The notes below the pieces were generated by a model that searched no databases, had not been told where the DNA came from, and was given only the letters and a program-made list of their open reading frames with translations. The position numbers and the translations under genes were made by a program. Of a stretch of DNA of 64,000 bases, positions 39,092 to 51,950 are shown piece after piece. This stretch comes from the human T2T-CHM13v2.0 reference genome, Homo sapiens: NCBI RefSeq assembly GCF_009914755.1, contig NC_060925.1, one strand, 5' to 3'. Every line of letters starts with the position of its first letter. The first letter of the stretch is position 1.

Positions 39092-40725
39092 GGGAACCAT
39101 GTATTGTCTCAGTATCTTCAGCCTATCTTTGATTTATTTGATTTCATTGATCTGACCTGGCTCCAATTTACGTCTTCCAAGAAACCTTCCTTGATTAACT
39201 TAACATCAACCTAATTTTAATAGAGCTAATTTAACTGCAGTTCTATCCTGTCCTGTAAGTAGTACCGAATTGTTTCGAACGTGAATATTCAGACTCCCCA
39301 TCTAGGGTGTAAGCTCTTTGAGGGCATCCCTTGTCTTTCTAATTCTGTGTTATTCACAGGCAGACTGAAGAATGAATATGTATGGTGCTTTTTTAAAAAA
39401 AAATCTTTTTTGACTCCTAGTGACTTTTAACTCCATTCATCCTCTGGAAGGGTTGAAGGTCTGGATCATACTGGCAGGAATCTAGGGTTATCCTGTCCAT
39501 CCTTTGCCTATGTATGTGTTGTGAGAATGTCAGGTGCATGGAGAAAAGTGCTTCTTAGTCTAACCACATGGCCAGGCCTCTGTACTGCACTTCTCTATTT
39601 CCCCAAAGGCAACAGCAGAAAGCAGAAATAGCCTTCCTCAAAAGAGGTTCAAAGAATTCTTCTTATCTGAGTCAATGCCCCATCCCCAGTCTCTGCAGAG
39701 AAAGGGTCCCTGAGCCTGGAATAATGACACTGTGGACAGGCATCTTCCATCTATCAAGAAAGAGGAAAGAAGCACTGTTTCAATCCAGGTCTGTCTTTCT
39801 TTCTTTCTTTTTTTTTTTTTTTTGGCCTTCTTATTTGCATTCAGTGAGGAGGTGACACATTGTAGAACATAACCTCCCTTTTTCATTCCATGAATCTAAT
39901 CGTTATTTCTGTGTTTGTGAAAGATAAAGGATTAGCAAGAACGCTTTGCATTAAGTCGACATTTGTAAATGCTTTATAATTATTTATGAAATTATCCTGC
40001 ATTTTATAGCATGGGAGATAATAACTTAAATTGATGTATTAAACATGCATGATCATTATTTTAACAATATTAAATTCACCTCTGTAGAATAATCATTTGA
40101 TAAATATGAAGAAAGCATTCAGAAGTGGCACCTTAATTTAAGATATTACAGGATTCGTGACACCCAAATCCACGACCCTTTTTCTTGAAGACAGATGGAG
40201 TTTCTTATCTGGCTGCAGTGTTCCTCTTTCTTGAAGTGAAAATGAATTCTTAAATTAAGAATTATATTATCGAGGTAATTTTGGCAATGTGATGAGGCAA
40301 TGGGAGAGGAGATAAGAAGCAGAATTTCCTGGGACCAGAACAAATTGGACAAACCTTATCTTCGCTTGTCTCCATCCTCCCATGCCCAGGGTACTGGAAG
40401 AGTCATCCAGTCTCTGGGTATCTTGCAGGGCTTTGGGGCAGAGGTAAGAGCTGACTGATGCTGGAGATGGTTACGTTATTTTCCCCTAATGCCAGGGCTT
40501 TGGGGCTGTTTTGAGCAGGGGAGACCTCAAACCAGAAGACCCATTTTGCACAGCAGGAGATCTCTCCAATGAGGGGGAGAATCCAGAGGAAATTTAAAAT
40601 TCAGCAAAAAGGAGTGAGGAGAAAGAGGAGAGAGGAAAACTGTGAATCCCAATCCCTCATTTGTGCGAAGCTAGTTGGAGCCAAGCCAGTCTCCCCAGCA
40701 GTGCAGCTCCACCGTCTTCTACTGA

Positions 40726-40744
40726 TGGTGCCCTCTGCTGGTCA
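40726..40744 (-). promoter_or_regulatory. CTCF core motif
   Basis: Reverse complement tgaccagcagagggcacca matches the CCASYAGRKGGCRS consensus. Confidence 0.65.
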
Positions 40745-41179
40745 CTGTCAGCTTCAACACCATGCGTTCTAAGAGTATCATCAGTGGGTGTTAACTCCAC
40801 CAGGAATGAGGCGCTTTCTAAGTTTTCGGCTCTGTGCTAAGTGTTTTATGAGGATGATCCTGTTTAATTCTCACACCAATCACTGGAAAACTGAGTTCCA
40901 GAGAGTTTAAGAGCAGGTCCGACCTTCTTAACTAATGGGCTATCTGGAGTCACCAGGCTAAAGAGCTGACCTGTGTGGCCATGTTATCCACCCACTCCAG
41001 GCCCAGGAATGAATGAAAATCTATTCTGCATGTAAAGGCCACACTCCAGAGTTTTAACGATCCTATTTGAAGTGCATCTTAGTCTCTAACTTAAATCCAG
41101 GAATATCTCAAGTGCACGTCCTTTGGGGTAGTATGGGTCTTAGAAATGGATATAATTTATTCTGAGGATTTAATACTCG

Positions 41180-42375
41180 CCTCTCTGGCTTCAAGTACTG
41201 GAAGCCATGCTGATTCTTCTTATTTTTCTCACGCCTTTTACCCAAGCCCCATCAGGAAAGCCTGTCAGCTCTACCAGAATCCAGCTTTCGTCACTCCCTA
41301 CACTGTGACCATCTTGGCCTATGGGACCATCCTTGCCTATTTGTGCCCTTGCTATAGCCTCCTGGCTGCTCTTCCAGCCTCTGTGCTCTCCCTCTCTCCC
41401 CACGTCATCTATTCTGAACACAGCAGCCACAGTGACTCTGTTAGGACATAAATTGAATCATGTCCCTGCCTCCATCTCATTCCAGGTAAAAAACATCGAA
41501 GGACCCTACAAGGGTCTACAGAGCCCCTACATAACTTGACCTCTCTGACTACTTTGGTGCTTTTCTCCCCTTTGCTTGTTCTTTGCTCACTGTGTTCCAG
41601 CCCCACAGACCTCCCTGTGGGGCTCTTTGAATATGCAAGTCAAGCTCTGCCTCTGAACCTCGGCACTGGCAGAGCACTCTGCCTGGAATGCCCTTCCCCC
41701 AGGTATCTCAGGACTTCTTCCTTCTCCTCCCTCAAACTTCTGCTCAAATGCCACCTTCTTAGTGAGGCCTACCCTGACCACCCTATTTAAAATTGCATCC
41801 CCTGCCCTTCATTACCAACCTTCCTTGCCCTTTCATGTTTCTTCACAGCACTTGTCATTTTCTAGTACATCATACAATGCGCTTATGTATCATGTGTATT
41901 GCTTGCTCCATCCACTAGAATGTAAGGTCTCTGAGGGCAAACTTGTTTTTTTGCTTCTTCTTCTTCTCCTTTTTTTTTTGTTTTTTGTTTTTTGAGACAG
42001 GATCTCACTCTATCACCTGGGCTGCAGTGCAGTGGTATGATCATAGCTCACTGTGGCCTGGACCTCCTGGGCTCAAGTGATCTTCCCACTTCAAGCAGCT
42101 GGAACTACAGGTGCAAGCCACCGTGCCTGGCTAATTTTCTAAATTTTTTTTGTAGACTGGGGTCTCACTATGTTGTCCAGGCTGATCTCAAACTCTCAAC
42201 CTCAAGTGATCCTCCCACCTCTGCCTCCGAAAGCACTGGGATTACAAGGCATGAGCTACCACACCTAGCTCAGGCAACGTTTTGGCCTGCTTTGTAACCT
42301 GCTACTTCCTAGCACCTGAAAAGTGCCTGGAACATTGTAGGTATTTAACAAATCCTTGTTAAATGCATGAATGAT
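41180..42375. mobile_element. L2 LINE 3' portion interrupted by AluJ
   Basis: ctgcctggaatgccctt...ctcaaatgccacctt...gaggcctaccctgaccaccctatttaaaattgca...ctagaatgtaagg...gagggca; resumes gtgcctggaacattgtagg...ttgttaaatgcatgaatga. Confidence 0.8.
41969..42271 (-). mobile_element. AluJ
   Basis: Antisense dimer with atcatagctcactg...ctcctgggctcaagtgatc. Confidence 0.85.
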
Positions 42376-42406
42376 GGGCTGCTCCCTTGTCCCCAGCTGG
42401 TGGCAG

Positions 42407-42501
42407 TAGGGTGACAAACTGTCCTGGTTTTCCTTGTATTAGCCTGGTTTTAGCACTGAAAGTTCAGCCTCCTGGGACACAACTAGGACAGTTGGTCACC
42501 T
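42407..42501. mobile_element. MER81-like hAT-Blackjack MITE
   Basis: TIRs tagggtgacaaactgtcc / ggacagttggtcacc; internal ggttttagcactgaaagt. Confidence 0.75.
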
Positions 42502-43290
42502 GAGTGACAGGCAGGAAGAACACTAAGAAGGGACAGCTGTGCTCAGGAACCAGTGAGGCCTTTCTCCCAGCCTAGAGTCTGGAAGAGGCACCTGTCCTCC
42601 CCTACATCATCAGAGGATGAGGTGGGGGTAGGAGAATGGCTCCATCTCAGAAAAGGCCTTTTGAGTTATTGAAATTGCAGCTTACTATGAAGAAGAAAGT
42701 GAGTTTCTATTGCCCTGAAAGTGGCACAGGAATAGAAAAATGATAGTGTAATGATGTTCCAGTGGAACAATTATTTTCCTGAGATGGAGCAACATAAAGT
42801 ATCACTTTGATTATGTGCTGCCTTCTTAGCCCACCCTCTCTGGCCTAGTTTAGTAGCCAATAAATCTTTGAGCCTCCCTGACCTGTGGCTGCTATCTCTG
42901 CAGGGACTCACTGGCTGGGCCAGTCCTCTCCTCATCTGCCCAATCCCTGCTTCTCCTAACTATGGTTTTGGATGATTAATCCAGGCCAGGGCTGAGGGCA
43001 GAGGTGAGAGGAGATGGATGCAGAGGGAGAGAGTGCTGCTTAAAGGCTCAGGCAGTAACTTGAGAGAGGAGCAGGGATCAGAAAGAAATTTTCAAGGCAC
43101 CCTTGTTAGGATTGTCTGGGCATGAAAACAAAGAAGGATCAGTTATAAGGTGAAGGTGGGTCTGAAAGAGCTGGGGGCCAGAAGGGAGTCATCTGTGTTG
43201 CCACCTTGGGGGGTAAACATGAAGACCTTTCTATTATTACTATTATTTTAATTTCACTATTAAATCAGGTTGTTTGGTCCCTGAGTCTGC

Positions 43291-43629
43291 TGTCTTAGTT
43301 TGCATAGGCTGCTACAACAAAATACTTCAGACTGTGTGGCTTAAACAACACAAATTTATTTCTCACAGTTCTGAAGGCTGGGAAGTCCGAGGTCAAGCTG
43401 CCAACCGGTTTGGTTCCTGGTGAGGGCTCTCTTCTTGGCTGGCAGACAGCTGCCTTCCTGCTGTGTCCTCAGGTGGCAAAGAGAGAGCTCTGGTGTCTTC
43501 TTATAAAGGCACCAGCCCTTTTGGATTAGGGCCACATCCTATGACCTAATTTAACTTTTATTACTTCCTCACAGGTCGTGTCTCTTAATACATTACATTT
43601 GGGAGGACACGAACTTTTAGTCCATAACA
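43291..43629 (-). mobile_element. MLT1A0-like solo LTR
   Basis: tgtcttagtt...ggcttaaacaac...tttatttctcacagttctg...ggctgggaagtcc...tggtgagggctctctt...agtccataaca. Confidence 0.85.
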
Positions 43630-43633
43630 TCAC

Positions 43634-43966
43634 TTCTATAGATCAAATGTTTGCATCCCCCCCTCCCCCCAAATTCTTATGTTGATGAATATGATAGGAG
43701 ACAGAGGTCTTTGGGAGGTGATTAGGTCATGAGGGCAGAGCCTTCATGAATGGGATTAGTGTCCTTATAAAAGAGACCAGAGGAGCTCCCTCATCCCTTC
43801 TGCTATGTGAGGTTACAGTAGAATAGGAAGTGGCCCTCATCATGCAGCACAACTGCTGACATGTTGCTCTTGGACTTCCCAGCCTCCAGAACTCTGAGGA
43901 ATAAATTCTGTTGTTAAGCCGCCAGTCTATGCTATTTTGTGATAGCAGCCCGAAGAGACTAAGACA
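43634..43966 (+). mobile_element. MLT1A/MSTD-like solo LTR
   Basis: aatgtttgcatcccc...ggtctttgggaggtgattaggtcatgaggg...atgaatgggattagtg...ggacttcccagcctccagaact...gactaagaca. Confidence 0.85.
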
Positions 43967-44084
43967 ACTGCCTCACTGGAATTGTTCCTCCTCAGCCTTC
44001 CTCTTGCCCTCTGGGCCCAGAAATTTGGTTTGAGACTAGCCATCTTTCAGCCTGAGGATTATATCTTGTGTCCAGATATTTAAA

Positions 44085-44460
44085 TCGGTGGATGTCCAAG
44101 TGTGGTCTTTGGACCAGCAACAGCAGCTTCACCTGGGAACTTGTCACAAATACAAATTATCAGTCTCACCCCCAATCTTCCCAGGCCTCCTGAATCAGGG
44201 ATTGGGCTGAGATCCAGCAATCTGGGTTTTAGCAAACTCTTCAGGTAGAGTAACTGCTTGAATAAAAGAATGCCTCCCTTGAGAACTGGCACTTTGTTTT
44301 TAAGCTTTAGAGTCAGACTTGCCTAGAATGCTGATAAAACACAGATTGCTGGGCCCCATCCTGAGTTTTTGATTCAGGCGGACTGGAGTGAGGCTTGATC
44401 ATCTGCATTTCTAACACATTATTGGGATGCGATGCTGCTGGTCCTGGTACCACTGCTTTA
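44085..44460. mobile_element. Two MER5A-like MITE fragments in opposite orientation
   Basis: caagtgtggtc...accagca...cacctgggaacttgt; and cacagattgctgggcccc...ctgcatttctaaca...gatgctgctggtcc. Confidence 0.7.
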
Positions 44461-47357
44461 AGTGAACCCTTCTGGCACCTTCCTGAAAAACTGCTCTTGT
44501 GGCCATGGTAGGACCCTCACTTTGGATCCAGTTCCAAAGTGTTCTCTGTTTCCTTTACCTGGATTTGACCGATCCTTGCATCCTGAGGTGACCTTGGGCT
44601 GTTGCTCTCTCCCCCATTGTCCAGCATTGGCAGTGGGGTGCCTGCTGTTTCCTGGCCAGAGCTTCCAAAGCACCTGCTTCCTCTCAATTTAGACTCCAGC
44701 TGGAGAATAGGTCCACATCACCTGGGCTCGAAATCTGGTTCTCTATCCCTGACTGGACCTCTTTCCTTGCCTCTTTCTCCTTCCAGGTACCTGGGTCCTC
44801 CCTTGCACCCAGACCTCACACATCACTGGATCTTTGTTTTAATTTCTATTCCTGAACCTTGATGCTAGAGCCAGAGTGCTACAGGATCCTACAGATGGCC
44901 AGACTTCATTGACACCAACTCCTGCTTCCCAACATTTCTGAACATGGCCTGCTGGGAGGTGATTCCCAGCCACTGTGATGTTCCTTGTGGCCTCCTCCCA
45001 AATGCATCTGGAGGGCCTGGGCCACTGGCTCCTGCCATTCTCTCCACCACACCCCTGCATCTGCTGGCTGCACAGTCCTCAGCACCAGCGTCAGCTCCAG
45101 TCTCTATGGGTTGGCCCATCACGGTGGGCACTTCTAGCCCCAAGTCCTCCCCGCTCTTAGGCTGCCTATCCCGTCATTCAGCTGTGGTACTTCTTCCAGT
45201 CTGGGCCACGTCTTTGAATACGACAGGTCTCAGGTTGTCCCTGGGGTGATGCGGCATTTAGAGATGCGGTGGTGCTAAATTCCATGTGGCTGTGGCCACT
45301 GAAGGATGTGCTTAGCTGTCGGCCAGGCTGCCAAATCCTCGAGATAAAGGACAGGTGGTGGGCTTTTTATTGCATTGTTATCAATTATAGGGGTCCTGCA
45401 GCAATTGCTGGCTGGGAATGAGGGGAATGAAGAAGCCTGTGGTTTTTGTCCTAATTTGTTTGGTTTGGGGCTGGACCCTAAGCTTGGGAACCACGGTAAT
45501 CAGCCCAGCTGCAGAATTGGGCAAATGTAGCACATGGCTGTCATTGCTCTAAGGGGCTGGCTGGCATTGGAGCCATTGGCTCCAACAAGGGCTTTGTCCG
45601 CTCTGGGTTGGAGGGTGCTGTGATTGCGGTGGCGGATGTGGAGAGGGCCGCGGCTTTGATTTCCCAGTCTTTCCCTTCCTGCTCCCTCTCCGCCCCTTTT
45701 GGCTTGAGGAGCTGTCCCGTTGCTGAGTCTCAGGGTTGGGGGTTAAGGAGGGAACCTTGGGATTAGGAGGGCAGAGGAGTAGGGACCACACAGACTCTGA
45801 GTGTCTGGAAGCTTGTTTGATGGGGAGGTTGGAGTTTGGTGCTTGCTGAGCAGGGAAAAGTGGAGAGAGGGGAGCATCACAGCCACATAACAAATGGAAG
45901 CTGTGCATAGGCCCAGAGCTCTGGGGAGAGAGCATCTGCAATCTACCGAGCCAAGCAGAAAATTAAAAGATGACTCCACATGCACGCTAAAGCTCTGGGT
46001 GGAAGTGGGTAGGCAGGAGCCAGAGAAGTCATGACACCGGGTCTCTGGAGAGGGGCTCTGGGTTAACCACTGACAGGACTGGGGCTGGGGGCATCCCCCA
46101 GGGTGGGGCTCATCCTTTTCATCTGGGAGTGCATTCACAAGGCCTGTCAGTGGAGCTCCGGCTGTGGGAGACATATCCACTGGGATATGTCCCCCGACTA
46201 TCGGGGTGCCAGGGCCTCTGGGGACCCCTCCCCACCCTGGCTTCCCTCTGTCCTACTTGAGATGCCTCACCCTCCGCTGACCAGTGTGATCGGTGGGTGC
46301 CCTCAGGCACGTGGCTACAATGTGCTGCAGTGTCCAGAATCTGTGACATTTGGGTGTGACTCTAGCTCTTTGCTTATAATTATGAAAAAAATAACAGGAG
46401 GAGGGATCTAGGGCAGACATCAGGAAGACACTCTCACTTATGAAAGTAGGTTGAGTACTGGAAGAAAGGACCGAGAGTTGACTGGATGGTCCATGCCGGA
46501 ACTTTGGAATGCCGGAAGGGGAGGAGCTGATAGCCGGCCTTACTGCAGGCTGGGAAGGAGCTCACCAATCTAAGACAGGTAGGGTTCTCTGGGTAGACTT
46601 GAGGTCAGTGCCCACCTTGGAGCTATAGACTCCCCAGCTACCATTTTCTTCCTTTGTTGAGAATCTTCCCTGTAGCGAGCCCAGAGAGTCAGCCCCCATG
46701 GTTTAATGGGGCACAGGGCCATTAAGAGATGTGTAAGTTGGGAGCAGACGCTGGGTCTCAGTCTATTTTAGGCCAAATGCCCCTCTATGTCTTCCACGTA
46801 GAGATCTGTTGGATATAGTTCCTTCTTCTTTCTGTCGGCCAGACTAGAGGATACTGCTCTTTTCCAAACCCATGGCAAACACCAGCTGTTGGATTTTTAT
46901 TGTACCTTTGACATTTCCAAAGAGTCTGAATGGACGGAAGAAGAGGCAATGACAAGATAAAAAACACCCAAATCCTGAGAGATGGACAGCACAGTGAGAG
47001 GCTAAGGGAGAGGTGGATCTGTGAGCAGGGCAGCAGTTGACACGAGACTCATGGGCTGTGGCCCAAAGCCAGGGCTCAGGTTTGGTGTGAGGAAGGTGCA
47101 TTTTCCCCCACCTATGTCCCCTTGCAGAAGGGCTGCAAGCCAGACCCTGCTTTGCTGGTGGGGTGGCCTCAATCTCTTTAGCCCTACAATTTCATCCTGA
47201 TGACCGGCCATCTCCCTTGCAAGCTTTATCACACTGATTCCATGTCTGTTATTCTCACTATGGTGAACAGCAACTATGTCTATTTTGTTCATCATTGTAT
47301 CTTCTGGGCCTAGGCCATAGTAGGAACTCAGTAAAGGTGGTAAAATGCATTGATTCA

Positions 47358-47490
47358 TGAGGGACGTAGTGCTGCTGGGTTCTGAAGGCACAGTGGCCGC
47401 TGTGGGCCCTGAGGGCGCAGTGGCCGCTGTGGGCCCTGAGGGTGCAGTGGCTGCTATGGGCCCTGAGGGTGCAGTGGCTGCTGGGGGCTC
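47358..47490. repeat. 27-bp GC-rich minisatellite (~3.5 good units plus one degenerate)
   Basis: Unit gcagtggccgctgtgggccctgagggt. Confidence 0.9.
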
Positions 47491-48070
47491 TTTCATCTGG
47501 TTTATTTTCCTCTCCCTTCTCTGTCTTCTACTACCCTCCATTTCTCTTTTCTCACTTTCTCTATTTCCTCTCCATAAACCTGGCCTGGTCACTGGCTATT
47601 CTTAACCATACAGGCAGATGTATTTATAGCATAGAGTCTCCACTGGGAATCTCCCAAAAGTCCTAATCCCAGTATGGAAATATGTGGCCAGGGTCCCAAT
47701 GTGTTCCTTTCATGGACCTTCCCAGGATCCCCCTTCCCCACGGTCTCCCCAAGGCATCATGAGAGGACTGAGTCAGACTTCTCCACAGGGCAGGCTGGGC
47801 AGCCCAGAATAAGATTTGACTTGGTGTGTGGTCATCATGACCATACATCACACCCACGTTCTCCTAGACTTGCTGATTCTTAAAATTCTTTTCAAAGAGT
47901 AAAGAAACCAACTCGATTTTCCTAATGTGACTGACTGTGCTCTCAGAGTTGCAACTCTGTTCCCAGAAGATTTCTCCATCAAGGTAGCCCTGTGAGCTTT
48001 GTGCAGAAAATTTGAAGGTAGTGTCTTTTATAGGAGAGACTAATTTATAGCACAGAAAAGAACAGTGAAG

Positions 48071-48398
48071 TTTGTTTGTGTTTTTTTGTTTGTTTGTTTG
48101 TTTTTTGTTTTTTTGAGGTGGAGTCTTGCTCTGTTGCCCAGGCTGGAGTGAAGTGGCATGATCTTGGCTCACTGCAACCTCCGCCTCCCGGGTTCAAGTG
48201 ATTCTGCTGCCTCAGCCTCCTGAGTAGCTGGGATTACAGACAGTTGCCACCATGCCCAGCTAAATTATTTTGTATTTTTAGTAGAGATGAGGTTTCACCA
48301 TGTTGGCCAGGCTGGTCTCGAACTCTTGACCTCAGGTGATCCACCACCTCGGCCTCCCAAAGTACTGGGATTACAGGTGTGAGCCACCGTGCCTGACC
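48071..48398 (-). mobile_element. AluS with (TTTG)n tail
   Basis: Antisense dimer. Confidence 0.9.
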
Positions 48399-48654
48399 TA
48401 GAATTTTTTTAAAAGGAAAGGTCAGTGGGGAAAGGGGAACAGATGTCAGGATTCCATCAGTGATTTACTCAAAAAGTCAACTGCTAGAGAATATCTGAGA
48501 ATCAGTACATGGTTACCCTAGCTGTCTATACCTTCTATCTTGACACCTGCTGTCATGGAAAATAATAACCGACATGGCCCAGAAATTCTGTGAGACTCTT
48601 ATCCACCAAAGAAGAATTTGGTGCCACATTCTGCTGTCCAGCGTGTGATAGCCA

Positions 48655-49023
<369 letters not shown>

Positions 49024-49032
49024 TAACCCCAC

Positions 49033-49572
49033 TGTGGCTGGCAGCCTTTAGGGTTGCCCTCAGCATTCTCTGCCCCTTGGTGTTCACTCACTTGTGTAAT
49101 CTCTTCCCCTTTGGTGTGGGCTGAACTTATGGATTTGCTCCTAATGAATGGAATGAGACAGAATTGATGACATGTCACTTCCAATATTAGGTTATAAAAA
49201 GACTGTGGCTTCCACCTGGAACACTTGCTCTCTCCTGGTTTCTCTCTCACTGTTTCTTCCTCTCCCTCTTTCTCCAATCGCCAGCTCCCATGTTTGAGGA
49301 CCCTTAGGCAGCCTTTGGGAAGGCCTATGGGATGAGGAATTGAGGCCTTCCTCAATCACGTGAGTGAGCTTAAAAGTGGATCCTCCCTCTCCATTTAGAG
49401 GCTTAGAGGAGGCAGAGCTCCCATCTCCACCTTGACTCAATCCTCAGGAGAGGCTTTGAGCCACTGGCATCCAGCCAAGACATTCCCAGTTTCCCCACAA
49501 AAACTGCAAGATAGTGAATGTGGGTTGTTTCAGGTCTGGGGTAATTTGTTATGTAGCAATGGATAATGAATA
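49033..49572 (+). mobile_element. MLT1F/E-like solo LTR
   Basis: tgtggctggcagcc...ttgtgtaatctc...atgtcacttcc...attaggttataaaaagactgtggcttcc...gggtaatttgttatgtagcaatggataa. Confidence 0.8.
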
Positions 49573-49837
49573 TCCCCAGATGTTGCCAATTCTTGAGCAC
49601 TGGGGATCTTTCAGACTCCTTCCTATTCACCACTGTCCCTATGTCCTTTCCTCCAGCTTCCTGACTGTTCCCATCCCTCCCGTAGCCTCCTTTAGGCTCC
49701 TTCTCTAATGGCTTTAATGGCTGGTCAGGTCTTGGCCTTATCATGTGGCTTTGAACTTGGTACCTCCCCAGACATAATGTTGGGGATCTGCCTTCTGACT
49801 TCACACTTCATAATCTTGTGTAAGAAATTACCTACGG

Positions 49838-50151
49838 ACACCAGGCGCTGTAGCTCATACCTGTAATCCCAGCACCTGGGGTGGTTAAGGCTGGAGGATT
49901 GCTTGAGTTTAGGAGTTCAAGACCCACCTGGGCAACATAGAGAGACCCTGTCTCTACGAAAAAAAATTAAAAATCAGACAGGCATGGTTGCGTGTGCCTG
50001 TAGTCCTTGCTACTATGAGGCTAAAGCAGGAGGATCGCTTGGGCCCAGGTGTTTGAGATTACAGTGAGCTATGATCTTAACACTGCACTCCAGCCTGGAT
50101 GACAGAGACAGATCCTGTCTCTAAAAAAAGAAAAAGAAAAAGAAAAAAAAA
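49838..50151 (+). mobile_element. AluJ
   Basis: Diverged dimer with A tail. Confidence 0.85.
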
Positions 50152-50989
50152 GGAACTACCTTCTGAATTCCACTCTGGCCAGGCTTGCCTCTCACCTTCC
50201 CCCAGGTCTGACCAGAAGCAGGATCAGAAAATAAGCTGACTTACTAGAGCAAGAAAGCTTAACCAGACGCCCTGGCAAGGTTTTCAGTGAAAGCTGAAAC
50301 AATCTCCTTATCATGAGAAAATTCATCACATTGTAACTTTCACCCCAATCTTAGTGTGCCTATCAATCAGGACTTTCCTGCATTTGTTAGCTGATGGATG
50401 GCAAATAGTGGGCCCATTACTTTGTAAAAACAAGATGTTGTTTTCAGATATTTTTCTTTCCTTCCTCGTCCTTCCACCCCTGCCTCACTTAAAAGCTTTC
50501 ATTCTTTAAGTCCATTCAGCATTTCATTCATTATTATCATTATTTTTGGAATTTAGACATTAAAATGATTGAGTCTGGATTTCATTACCAGGCTCTGGTG
50601 ACTTAGGGTAAATATTCTGTGAAACTGAAAGAGTACTTGGCTACTTTTTCTCAGAGCTCCTGGTTTCATGATAGGTCAGGCGTTGAAGTAAATTGGAGGT
50701 CAAGCCAAGGTTTCAATTCATGTTCACTGGATTGCCAACAGATACTGATGACTCACATTAAATTCCATGTTTCTGTGTGGGTTGGAGGATGTCTAGCCTT
50801 GGTTGGAAATTGGACGTGACATTCTTCATCTATTGTCGCTAAGGAAATATTATACTAATAGACGAAAATGCTTGGTGACAAGAGATGAGTGGTTTGCATA
50901 CAGGAGATGCATGGCGCTTGTGGACTGAAATGATGAACGGAGATTAAGACCTGTGTGGCCACTCCATCCCTTCCTGGATGATTTAATCT

Positions 50990-51950
50990 ATGATCATACT
51001 TGAGTCATCATCTGTGACCTGATAATTTCCAAAGCATTATCTCCAGGCCATTATTTCTCTGGAGCTCTGTACTCATGAATCTAACCACTCACTGGACACC
51101 TGACCTTGAATGTTCTTAAGAAACTGAAAGCTCTTCATGTCAAAATTGAACTTACTATTTTCACCCAAAACTACTCCCTCATCCTCTCTTTCCCACCTTC
51201 TAAAATCCCTCTGCTTTGCTCAAGCCAGAAAAATGGGGTCAGACGTGGCTCCCACCTCTCCCTCACACTGTACTTGTGGTCAGTCACCGTTTGGACGGTT
51301 CTATCTCTTGCCTGTCTCTGGAAGGGGCCACATCTCCCCATCCCCACTGTCACTCTCATCTCTCTTGCATGACTCCTAACTGGCTGTTGGCTTCTAGGGT
51401 GGCCTCTGGCCAGTCCGTCCTCTACACTCCTGCCAGAGGGATGAACACAAAAAGTGCTTCTGTTCACATCATTCTGCCAAAAACCACTCAAAGATGCTCA
51501 GTCACCCCTGGGGTAAGCTGCCTAAGCTGTGAGCACAGCCGCAAGGTCCTGCCTCATGTGATCTGGCCCTTTTTACCTCTCCAGCTGTATAATTTTTTCA
51601 CAACACACTTTGAATTTTATATTTCAGACACAGTAAACTGCTTATAGCTGCTCTCTCTCTGGTGCCTTTGCACACAGGATTTCCTTGCCTGGAACTCTTT
51701 CCCTCAACTCACTTCTTGGCCTGGGTTTCTTCTCTTTGTTCTTCCAAACTCAAATGAGATGCCATCTCCCCTGAGAAATCTTCCCTATTTCCCAAGCCCA
51801 GGTTGGATATTCCTTGGTGTGGTTCTGCGGCACCCTACACTTGCTCTGTCGTTGTAAATACCTGCTTGCCTTCTTGAAAGCGGGCTGGCCATCGTATCCA
51901 GCACCTAGAACAGTGCCTAACCCATGGGAGGGGATCAGTAAATACATGAT
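50990..51950. mobile_element. L2 LINE fragments
   Basis: ctggacacctgaccttgaatgtt...catgtcaaaattgaactta; ccttgcctggaactct...ctcaaatgagatgcc; ccagcacctagaacagtgcct...agtaaata. Confidence 0.65.

Noticed and set aside
47358-47490. CRISPR-like or mucin-like coding repeat
   Set aside because: Tandem units have no spacers; eukaryotic context; the surrounding ORF runs through L2-like and low-complexity sequence.
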